This document shows positions 1 to 7,933 of a stretch of DNA of 32,000 bases, piece after piece. The stretch is from the NCBI RefSeq assembly GCF_000092105.1, contig NC_014148.1, positions 810,001 through 842,000 on the forward strand. Direction: 5' to 3'. This DNA comes from Planctopirus limnophila DSM 3776. GTDB lineage: Bacteria; Planctomycetota; Planctomycetia; Planctomycetales; Planctomycetaceae. Numbering within the stretch: the stretch's first letter is position 1; the number at the start of each line of letters is the position of its first letter. Below the pieces are notes generated by a model. It saw only the letters and a list, made by a program, of their open reading frames with translations, was not told where the DNA came from and ran no database searches. Made by a program: the position numbers and the translations under genes.

Positions 1-2782
1 CCGTCTCCGGGTGTTGATTCAGCCACTGCACGACTTCCTCTCGAAGTGCCTGGGGAAGATCGCGATAGCGGTCGTGTGTTCGTCTGGCGATTTGCGCCAG
101 CGAAAGTCCCACGAGACCAATCGGCCCGCCACAAGTCATCAAGGCTGCCAGCATCGATTCGACCCGTTCGGGACTCAGCACATGGTCGAGAGAGCCATAG
201 ACCGGGGTTCTCTGGCCAAACCGGCCCAGCGACCAGATGGCGGCATCCATCGTAATGGGTGAGTTTTTCTGCTGCAGTGAGACTTCTGCCAGACCCGCCA
301 ATTCACTTCGAGTTGTTTTCGAAAGTTCTTCAAAGGCACCGAACATCCGCATCATTTCTGAGAGTTCATGGGAAGTCGGCCCCGATTTATTGGCAGATTT
401 CCGGTGATCCAGACCTCGTTTGAGAGCCGTTTTCACCATTGAAATATAGGGAGCTGCAATGGCCTGCTGAATGCCGGCATTCAATCCTCCCGAAATTCTC
501 CTCCAGAGAACCAGCACTTCAGCTCGAACCTGAGGGTCGGCATGAGTTAACTTGCCACTAATGGCTTTCCATGTTTCGGCAACTCTCCAGTCGTCAATGG
601 CGACGCCATAACCCGGCCTCAGGCAGAACCCGACCAGATTGAGCCACCGGGCCTCATGTGCCGCAGATCGGCTGCGCTGGGCAGCGACATCCATGAGTGT
701 TGTCCAGAGTGACCTGAGCAGAACTGGCGACCACGAATCACGGGGCGCTTCGAGGGCTTCAGAAAGTCTGGGCATCAACTCACGGGGAAGCAGGGGTTCG
801 TCAGTAGGCCGGAAAGTGTTTTCTATCAATTTCATCGCCTGCTGTTGCAGTTGATCTTCAAACACACCGGCCTGTTCACCCTGGCCTTGATGTGCGGCCA
901 GTTCGGTATGGGTCGCACTGCGGACATCAACGGCCAGATTCCATGATCTGGTTCCATCACATTCTCGACAGCTTAAATCGAGAGTGCCTAATTCTGTCAA
1001 ACGGGCAGACAGTTGAGCGGGAATCCGACTGGCTTCTGTTTCCCGGCGGCTTTTCAAGACCGTACGAATGGGTGGGAGGGGAGTGAGTTGTTCGCGATCA
1101 ATCGGGATGAGTGTCCCGGCCCGATCGGTAAGTCGTGTGCTCGAGCACCATAAAGGAAACTCGACGGGTTGAGAGAGCAACAGCCAGAATCGCTGATCCT
1201 GCAAATCCACTTCGGCACCGGGTTCAATACCGGCTGGCAAAACGCAGAGAGCTTCGTTGGTTTTCCCACCGAGCTGCAGATAGTAGCTGCGTGCCAGACC
1301 CGCGACGATCTTGACTCCCAGTCCTCGTTTGACCATCCCAAAGTAAGCCGCTCCACGTGCAACCGCCAGATCGAGCCGACCATGATCGAGTTCCTGGATT
1401 TTTTCGGCGGCTTGCGAGCTGGATAATCCCTGGCAAAACCAGTGGCGCAAGGTGTGCAGAACGCGGTCTTTCAAAACAGTCGATTCGAACACGCCGCCGT
1501 TAAAGAGAATCAGATCCGGGCAAGCAGGATCAGCGCTCAAGCTGGTCTGATGGGGTAGTGTGGCGTTCGCTCGCTGCTCAAGTTCACTCAAAGTGGCGCG
1601 GTGCTGTTCGAGAAACTGGGCCAGATATCTGGTGATGGCCGCATCGGGGGCGTAAGCCAGACCAAATTCTCGAAAGCCCATGGGGTGCGCAGCGGGGCGA
1701 TCTTTCAGTTCACAAACAGGGAAGAAACCGTCGACCAGGCAAGTCTGGATTTCTTCGCGGGTGACTTCGTATTGCCTGCTTGAAGAAAGGAGTTTCGAGC
1801 CACTGCCCGCGAGAATCACCTTGGCAGATTCAGGGGGATTCGGGCCGAGTAAAGTTTCTTTGAGCACTCGGCATTTGCGAATTAAGGAAGAGAATTCGCG
1901 ATGGGAAAGCTTGTCTTCGAGGTTGTATTTCTGCTCGACAAAATGGGCCAGTGCCAGGTCGAGATTATCTCCACCCAGGATCAGGTGCTGACCAACTGCC
2001 ACGCGATGGAACTCGCACAAACCATCGGTTCGTTTTTGAACTCGAATCAAAGTGAAGTCTGTGGTTCCTCCACCGACATCGATGACCAGAATCTTCTGTC
2101 CAGGTTGGACGCGGCTTTCCCAGTCCACTCGATGGCGTTCAATCCAGGCGTAAAAGGCGGCTTGTGGCTCCTCAATAAATGTCACCCGGGGTAAGCCCGC
2201 TTCGCGAGCTGCTTTGATGGTGAGTTCGCGAGCGATCTCATCAAATGAAGCGGGCAGGGTAATAACGATCTGCTGATCAGCCAGAGGATCATCGGGCCAT
2301 TGAGTCTCCCAGGCCAGACGGTAATGCTCCAGATACCTGCTGCTGGCGGCCACTGGCGAAAGCTTGTGAAGTTCGTCATCACCTTGCCACGGAAGAATAG
2401 CAGCTGTTCGATCAACCGCATGATGGCAAAGCCAGCTCTTGGCTGAGGAAATGAGACGCTGCGGATTCAAGCCGCCTTGCTCGCGGGCGAGAACACCGAC
2501 CGCAGATAGCTGAGGCCGATCGCCTGGGGGTTGTGCCCAGGGGAGCTTCAGATCGGCGGCAGCCACTTCGCCAGGGGCAAATTCATAATGAAACGAAGGT
2601 AAAGTTTCCCGCTTCTCGATGACGCCCGGGGCGACCAGTTGTGGAGTTGACAGGATCTGCACTGTCTCTGGTGAGGTCTGGGTGTCGATGAATGCCAACG
2701 CGCAATTCGTCGTACCCAGGTCAATCCCGACAACAAATCGGGACCCGGTGGCAGATGGAGAAGCTGGCGATAGCGTCGTCAC
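1..2782 (-). CDS. Large Hsp70/actin-like ATPase family protein; N-terminal 927 codons in window, 3' end beyond the left edge
   Basis: Not in the ORF track because no stop lies in the window. Hand translation of the minus strand from GTG 2782 (alternative TTG 2800, stop just upstream at 2804-2806) stays open to position 2. It contains the Hsp70 phosphate-1 motif VVGIDLGTTNCALAFID, phosphate-2 ILVIDVGGGTTDFTLIRV, and ILGGDNLDLALA. About 480 further residues follow the ATPase core. Confidence 0.8.
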   Translation of the reverse strand, partial: MTTLSPASPSATGSRFVVGIDLGTTNCALAFIDTQTSPETVQILSTPQLVAPGVIEKRETLPSFHYEFAPGEVAAADLKLPWAQPPGDRPQLSAVGVLAREQGGLNPQRLISSAKSWLCHHAVDRTAAILPWQGDDELHKLSPVAASSRYLEHYRLAWETQWPDDPLADQQIVITLPASFDEIARELTIKAAREAGLPRVTFIEEPQAAFYAWIERHRVDWESRVQPGQKILVIDVGGGTTDFTLIRVQKRTDGLCEFHRVAVGQHLILGGDNLDLALAHFVEQKYNLEDKLSHREFSSLIRKCRVLKETLLGPNPPESAKVILAGSGSKLLSSSRQYEVTREEIQTCLVDGFFPVCELKDRPAAHPMGFREFGLAYAPDAAITRYLAQFLEQHRATLSELEQRANATLPHQTSLSADPACPDLILFNGGVFESTVLKDRVLHTLRHWFCQGLSSSQAAEKIQELDHGRLDLAVARGAAYFGMVKRGLGVKIVAGLARSYYLQLGGKTNEALCVLPAGIEPGAEVDLQDQRFWLLLSQPVEFPLWCSSTRLTDRAGTLIPIDREQLTPLPPIRTVLKSRRETEASRIPAQLSARLTELGTLDLSCRECDGTRSWNLAVDVRSATHTELAAHQGQGEQAGVFEDQLQQQAMKLIENTFRPTDEPLLPRELMPRLSEALEAPRDSWSPVLLRSLWTTLMDVAAQRSRSAAHEARWLNLVGFCLRPGYGVAIDDWRVAETWKAISGKLTHADPQVRAEVLVLWRRISGGLNAGIQQAIAAPYISMVKTALKRGLDHRKSANKSGPTSHELSEMMRMFGAFEELSKTTRSELAGLAEVSLQQKNSPITMDAAIWSLGRFGQRTPVYGSLDHVLSPERVESMLAALMTCGGPIGLVGLSLAQIARRTHDRYRDLPQALREEVVQWLNQHPET

Positions 2783-3090
2783 GGAGTGGCTTTCTCTCAA
2801 CAGTTATACTGTCAGGCAGCGGATGTGTGAGGCATCTTTCTATGCAGCGAGAATTGCCCATGGCAAATTTTCAAGAACAGGGTTTTGCCTGAAGGGGCTG
2901 GCTTTCATTTCATCGCTGTTGCATTTCGAACCGCGCAGGTGTTCAATACTCAACAGATAAACAATTGCTGGTGAATTAAAGTTTGCCAGCTTTGAGTTAG
3001 ATTTCATGAATCCGTGCCTGTCTGTTCTCCAATTTGCCAGCGGCAACACTCCCCACGCTCAACTGATGGACTCTTATTCCGAAAGGGTGC

Positions 3091-4770
3091 TTGATGCACA
3101 GACTTTTACAGTTTCTTATGGCCCAAAAGCCAATGATGACGCCCGCCATCTCGGCCTGGGCCTGTTTTTTCTGGCTGGCGAGCGTCTCGTTGTGTGTGGT
3201 GAGCTCAGGAAGTGAGCTTCAGGCCGAAGACAAAGCGGATGAAACAGGATTTGTTTCGATTTTCGACGGAAAAACTCTCGAAGGATGGGATGGAAATCCA
3301 GAATTCTGGAGCGTGCAGGATGGTGCCATTACCGGCATCACAACTGCTGAAAAACCTACCAAGGGAAACACTTTCATTATCTGGCGCGGTGGCGAGACGG
3401 CCGACTTCGAACTCCGGCTCGATTACAAAATTCAAGGTGGAAACAGTGGTATTCAGTACCGCAGCTTTGAAGTGAAGGATCAGCCCTGGGTCATCGGTGG
3501 GTATCAGGCCGACTTTGAAGCCGGAAACACTTACAGCGGTATTAATTACGGCGAACGTTTCCGAGGGATTTTAGCTCTTCGAGGTCAGAAAACCGTCATT
3601 GGCGAGAACCATAAGCCGGTTGTCAAAGAGCAGTTTGCCGAAGGTGCGGCACTGCAAAGTGCCATCAAGAAAGATGACTGGAACTCGTATCGGATTGTGG
3701 CCCGGGGTTTTCAGTTTGATCATTACATCAACGACACGTTGATGAGTTCTGTGATTGATGAAGATCTGAAAGATCGACGCGCCAAGGGGCTTCTGGCTTT
3801 GCAATTGCATGCCGGGCCACCCATGAAGGTGCAATTCAAGAATATCCGCTTGAAGACACTCGATGCGACTGCTGACAAAGTCTCCAGCAGCAAGGAACCG
3901 GCCAAGAAGAAAGTCCTGCTCCTGGCGGGAAATCGCAGCCATGGTTTTGGTGCTCACGACCATACGGCTGGTTGCACATTGCTGGCCCGCCTGCTCAATG
4001 AGAGTGGCTTGCCGATTGAAGCCACCATGCATTCGCTGCAATCACAGGGTTGGCCCTCACCTGAGGTGCTGTCTGCTGCCGACTCAATCGTGATTTATGC
4101 CGACGGCGGGGGCGGTCATCCCTTTAATTCCCATCTCGATGAATTGCAGAAACTGGTCGATCGAGGGACTGGGATTGTCTGCATTCACTACGGAGTTGAA
4201 ACTGTTGCCGGCAAGCCCGGGCAGGCTTTTCTGGATTGGACTGGTGGCTACTTCGAGCCTCACTGGTCAGTCAATCCTCACTGGACAGCGGATTACAAGG
4301 CTTTCCCAGCGCATCCGATTACTTCAGGGGTCAAGCCATTTCGAATTAACGACGAGTGGTACTACCACATGAGATTTCGCGAAGGGATGGAAGGGGTCAC
4401 ACCAATTCTGACCGATCTCCCCGGGCCTGAGACACTCAAGCGGCCTGATGGTCCTCACAGTGGTAACCCGGCAGTTCGTGAAGCGATTGCCAAAGGTGAG
4501 CCACAGCATATGGCGTGGGCTCATCAACGGGCGAATGGTGCTCGCGGGTTTGGATGCAGCGGTGGGCACGTTCACTGGAACTGGGGACATCCCGAGTTTC
4601 GCCGACTGTTCCTGAATGGGATTGCCTGGACCGCCCAGGTCGATGTTCCCGCAGGTGGCGTCCCGATTGGTCAGGTCGGCGTGGAAGAGTTACTGGTCGG
4701 TCATGATGAGCAGATTCCAGAAAACTTCAACAAAGCTCGTGTTGAAGCCATGCTGAAAGAATGGAATTGA
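3091..4770 (+). CDS. Secreted DUF1080 (3-keto-disaccharide hydrolase-like) / ThuA-like fusion protein
   Basis: 559-aa ORF with a hydrophobic signal-like N-terminus (AISAWACFFWLASVSLCVV). FDGKTLEGWDG...WSVQDGAI and GNSGIQYRSFE resemble DUF1080. The C-terminal half (KKVLLLAGNRSHGFGAHDH, IVCIHYG) resembles ThuA. The true start may be ATG 3094 or 3133. Confidence 0.65.
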   Translation: MMHRLLQFLMAQKPMMTPAISAWACFFWLASVSLCVVSSGSELQAEDKADETGFVSIFDGKTLEGWDGNPEFWSVQDGAITGITTAEKPTKGNTFIIWRGGETADFELRLDYKIQGGNSGIQYRSFEVKDQPWVIGGYQADFEAGNTYSGINYGERFRGILALRGQKTVIGENHKPVVKEQFAEGAALQSAIKKDDWNSYRIVARGFQFDHYINDTLMSSVIDEDLKDRRAKGLLALQLHAGPPMKVQFKNIRLKTLDATADKVSSSKEPAKKKVLLLAGNRSHGFGAHDHTAGCTLLARLLNESGLPIEATMHSLQSQGWPSPEVLSAADSIVIYADGGGGHPFNSHLDELQKLVDRGTGIVCIHYGVETVAGKPGQAFLDWTGGYFEPHWSVNPHWTADYKAFPAHPITSGVKPFRINDEWYYHMRFREGMEGVTPILTDLPGPETLKRPDGPHSGNPAVREAIAKGEPQHMAWAHQRANGARGFGCSGGHVHWNWGHPEFRRLFLNGIAWTAQVDVPAGGVPIGQVGVEELLVGHDEQIPENFNKARVEAMLKEWN

Positions 4771-4782
4771 TCGATTTTACTG

Positions 4783-4824
4783 GTCTTGCCAGCGATTCCT
4801 CGCTGGCAAGACTGCTGGTTTTGG
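4783..4824 (+). terminator. Putative intrinsic terminator after the DUF1080/ThuA gene
   Basis: Perfect 12-bp stem gtcttgccagcg / cgctggcaagac (4783-4794, 4801-4812) with a 6-nt loop, followed by tgctggttttggtt. Confidence 0.55.
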
Positions 4825-5189
4825 TTGGTCGATGAACGACTAAGTTTTCTATTTTTCTATGTACTGGTGACATGATTTTCGGGTCGCCCATTTCTATCGA
4901 CATCACGACTTGATGATGGAACCTTTTGGTTATCGATGCTCATCATTTTCTTGCTCAGATCTCATCACTCTGGTTACTGATTAACGGTTCTTCACTTCGA
5001 CGTCCTGTCTCACTTTTCTGTTCTGATGTTTAACTATTCTGATACTGGTCAGTTTGCTTCTTCCCGGAAGCAGCGAACTCATTTTTCCAGTCGGCTGGCT
5101 CATGCAGAAATGCTGCCAGCACATCAACTGGAAAAGGGTTTGCAGGTCTTGAACTGACTCCAGCATTCGCTGATACGAAAGTCTGACTC

Positions 5190-5663
5190 ATGAATACTTT
5201 CCAGAAACTCCTGGGAAAGCGTAGGCCCTTCACAGATCCGGCGGAAGAAGCGGCTTTGACCTTACTTCGAACGGCGGATCGACTCGAATACCGCTGCGGA
5301 CAACTTTTTCGAGAGCATGGTCTCACAAATTCTCAATACAATGTGCTGCGGATTCTGCGCGGTGAAGGTGAACCCTTGCCCAGCCTGGAGATTGGCCGCC
5401 GTATGTTGCAGCCGGTCCCTGCCATGACAGGATTAATTGACCGTTTGCAAAAACTGGGTCTGGTTGATCGCCAGAAGATCCCGATGGATCGACGTCAGAT
5501 TCTGGTGGGCCTCACTGAACAAGGTCGAGAGCTGATCTCTCAACTGGATGAACCCTTACGCAAGCTGATTTCCGAGATGTTCAGTAATCTCGATGAAGAG
5601 GGGCTGAAGCAGTTAACTCACCTGCTGGAAAAAACTCGCCAGCAGGTCGAACCCGACGCGTAA
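5190..5663 (+). CDS. MarR family transcriptional regulator
   Basis: 157 aa. Winged-helix region LTNSQYNVLRILRGEGEPLPSLEIGRRMLQPVPAMTGLIDRLQKLGLVDRQ...DRRQILVGLTEQG is typical of MarR. Confidence 0.85.
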   Translation: MNTFQKLLGKRRPFTDPAEEAALTLLRTADRLEYRCGQLFREHGLTNSQYNVLRILRGEGEPLPSLEIGRRMLQPVPAMTGLIDRLQKLGLVDRQKIPMDRRQILVGLTEQGRELISQLDEPLRKLISEMFSNLDEEGLKQLTHLLEKTRQQVEPDA

Positions 5664-5726
5664 GGTTCTGCTGGAACGCCAGTAATACATGACATGTAAT
5701 CTATCGACTGGTCATGCTGACATTGC

Positions 5727-6470
5727 TTGGCCGGTGGATTGTCACTGTCTGTCTGGTTAAGGCGTTACATCATGAAACAGGTACGTCGAGCTGAGGATCG
5801 CGGTTATTTTGATCATGGCTGGTTGAAGACGGCCCATACGTTCTCATTCGGCCATTACTTCGACCCGGGCTGGAATGGCTTTCATACACTCCGGGTCATC
5901 AACGAAGATGTGGTGGCACCAGGCCAGGGGTTTGGGATGCATGGCCACAAAGATATGGAGATCGTCACCATTGTGCTTCAGGGTGAACTGGAGCATAAAG
6001 ACAGTCTGGGCAATGGAGAAGTTCTCCGCCCGGGCGAATTGCAGAGAATGACAGCGGGCAGCGGTATTCGTCACAGCGAATTCAACCCCAGTTCGAGTCA
6101 ACCGACACATCTATACCAGATCTGGCTGTTTCCTGAGGAGAAAGATCTCACACCAGGTTATGAGCAGAAGCCATTTCCACGTGAAGAACAGTTGAATCAA
6201 TGGCGATTGGTGGCTTCACGAGATGGCCGCGATGGCTCGCTAACTATTCAGCAAAAGGCGAATCTGTGGCTGACTGATCTCTCAGCAGGTCAATCGCTGC
6301 GAAAAGACCTTTCGACTTCGCACAAAGGATGGTTACAAATCCTGAAGGGTCAATTCCTGATCGATGGCCACGAGGTGCAGGAAGGGGATGCTCTCTACTG
6401 GAGTGAAGAAGATCGCCTCGATGTGGTCACGAAAGCCGATGGCCAGTTGCTGCTCTTTGAACTTGAATAA
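5727..6470 (+). CDS. Pirin family protein (YhhW / quercetin 2,3-dioxygenase-like cupin)
   Basis: RRAEDRGYFDHGWLKTAHTFSFGHYFDP and GFGMHGHKDMEIVTIVLQGELEHKDSLG are pirin N-terminal cupin motifs. The likely true start is ATG 5772 (MKQVRRAEDRG). Confidence 0.85.
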   Translation: MAGGLSLSVWLRRYIMKQVRRAEDRGYFDHGWLKTAHTFSFGHYFDPGWNGFHTLRVINEDVVAPGQGFGMHGHKDMEIVTIVLQGELEHKDSLGNGEVLRPGELQRMTAGSGIRHSEFNPSSSQPTHLYQIWLFPEEKDLTPGYEQKPFPREEQLNQWRLVASRDGRDGSLTIQQKANLWLTDLSAGQSLRKDLSTSHKGWLQILKGQFLIDGHEVQEGDALYWSEEDRLDVVTKADGQLLLFELE

Positions 6471-6539
6471 TCTCGCATTCCAGTTCACAGCCAGTCAGTT
6501 GCTGCGTCCGGATTCTCCTGACGACGTTTCCAGAATTCT

Positions 6540-7022
6540 GTGATCATCGCATCTCTGCAAAATCACTCATACCGAACTCTTGATAGAAAGTGTATTCCCA
6601 TGTTTCAGTCCCTCCTTTCCATTTTGGGGCGAGCCGCCCTCGTTGCGATTTTCCTGATGAGTGCTCTCGGGAATAAAATCCCGAACTATTCCAAAGTAGC
6701 AGCTTATATGGCGAACGAAGGTGTTCCCGCACCACAGATCCTTTTGGGTGGAGCAATTGCCTTTTTGATTGTCGGGGGTGCGTTGGTCCTCGTTGGTTAC
6801 AAAGCCAGACTGGGCGCGACTCTGCTCCTGATTTTTCTGATTCTCGCGACGTACTTCTTTCATGACTTCTGGACAGTTAAAGATCTCGCCGCCAAGGAAT
6901 TTCAAATGATTCAGTTCTTGAAGAACCTCTCGCTGTGTGGAGCCATGCTCTTCATCATGGCCAATGGCCCGGGAGCAGGAAGCCTCGAATCGGTCTTTTC
7001 CAAGCGTTCGGGAAAGAAGTAA
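6540..7022 (+). CDS. DoxX family membrane protein
   Basis: About 140-aa core with four hydrophobic helices (RAALVAIFLMSALGNK, ILLGGAIAFLIVGGALVLVGY, GATLLLIFLILATYFFH, LSLCGAMLFIMANG). The likely true start is ATG 6600. It sits directly after the pirin gene. Confidence 0.7.
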   Translation: MIIASLQNHSYRTLDRKCIPMFQSLLSILGRAALVAIFLMSALGNKIPNYSKVAAYMANEGVPAPQILLGGAIAFLIVGGALVLVGYKARLGATLLLIFLILATYFFHDFWTVKDLAAKEFQMIQFLKNLSLCGAMLFIMANGPGAGSLESVFSKRSGKK

Positions 7023-7072
7023 ACTGTATCGTGCAACCTCTCCGTTAAATCAAACGTCAGGCCACAAGATTT

Positions 7073-7108
7073 GAGCTGACCTCGTAGCGGGGTCAGCTCT
7101 TTTTATTT
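7073..7108 (+). terminator. Putative intrinsic terminator after the DoxX gene
   Basis: Stem gagctgacc / ggtcagctc (7073-7081, 7091-7099) followed by tttttattt. Confidence 0.65.
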
Positions 7109-7123
7109 AAGTCGAAATGCGGC

Positions 7124-7933
7124 TCAAACTCCGCCAGCGAGATCTCTTTCTGGTTCTGGCCAATAACTGGCCCACTCGGCTGGGAATGGTGCATGGATCG
7201 TCACTTCATCAAAGCGAATGGGATGAGGGACAATGATCTGACTCGCATGCAAGGCGATCCGCTCGGATCCCCTCGGTTGTGTTGTGAGATTCGTCGTCGA
7301 CTGCTCTTCAACCGTTCGTGTCGTCGTATCTCCAGCCTGTGGCGTTTGGTACTCCTGATCCCCCACGACCGGACAACCCATCGCTGCCATCTGCACACGA
7401 ATCTGATGCATCCGCCCGGTCTGGAGTTCAATCTCCAGCAGGCTGCGACCTGCCACAGTACCGAGAAGACGGTAATCCAGAATGGCAGATTTACTCCCCG
7501 GTGTCCCTTCCGCCACGATCTGGCTATGGGCGGCTTGAGGATCCTTGAGAAGATAATTGGTCAGTCGTCCAGTCGTCTGTGGAGGCATCCCTTCCACCAC
7601 TGCGGTATATGTTTTTTTGACTCGACGATCACGAAAGACCTCGGCCAGCCTGGCCGCGGCTTTGGAATTTCGAGCAAAGAGCATCACACCAGAGACTGGT
7701 CGATCCAGTCGATGGGGGATCCCCAGGTAGACATTCCCTGGCTTGGCATACTTCTCCCGAATCCAGTTTTTGACCCAGTTTTCAAGCGTGGGCAGCCCCT
7801 GGGGAACTCCCTGAGTTAACAGCCCTGCCGGCTTCCAGATGGCAAGAAGAGGACCATCTTCTAAGAGGATTTGAGGTTCGAGGCTCCAGGCAGGCTCGAT
7901 CATCAGGTGTGTCGGCAGAACATTCGGGGACAT
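7124..7933 (-). CDS. RluA-family pseudouridine synthase (no S4 domain)
   Basis: LLAIWKPAGLLTQG and the catalytic motif GIPHRLDRPVSGVMLFARN, then GRMHQIRVQMA. The ATG overlaps the stop of the upstream gene by 1 nt (TGATG). Confidence 0.85.
   Translation of the reverse strand: MSPNVLPTHLMIEPAWSLEPQILLEDGPLLAIWKPAGLLTQGVPQGLPTLENWVKNWIREKYAKPGNVYLGIPHRLDRPVSGVMLFARNSKAAARLAEVFRDRRVKKTYTAVVEGMPPQTTGRLTNYLLKDPQAAHSQIVAEGTPGSKSAILDYRLLGTVAGRSLLEIELQTGRMHQIRVQMAAMGCPVVGDQEYQTPQAGDTTTRTVEEQSTTNLTTQPRGSERIALHASQIIVPHPIRFDEVTIHAPFPAEWASYWPEPERDLAGGV

Noticed and set aside
5056-5074. An imperfect inverted repeat, gcttcttcc-c-ggaagcagc, upstream of marR as a possible MarR operator.
   Set aside because: There is a single 8/9 imperfect palindrome about 115 nt upstream of the start, with no second copy and no identifiable promoter. 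That is not enough evidence to call a site.
4771-5189. The AT-rich 420-nt gap before marR, including the tandem ttttctat ttttctat and minus-strand ORFs 4981-5166 and 5030-5326.
   Set aside because: The ORFs have no features, and one overlaps the marR start. The direct repeat is only two 8-mers. This is most simply terminator plus promoter DNA.
7193-7819. A 208-aa plus-strand ORF antisense to the RluA-family gene, plus similar antisense ORFs at 8131-8676, 9384-9836 and 13118-13684.
   Set aside because: They lie opposite genes with catalytic motifs, and their translations are Arg/Cys/His-rich nonsense typical of antisense frames.
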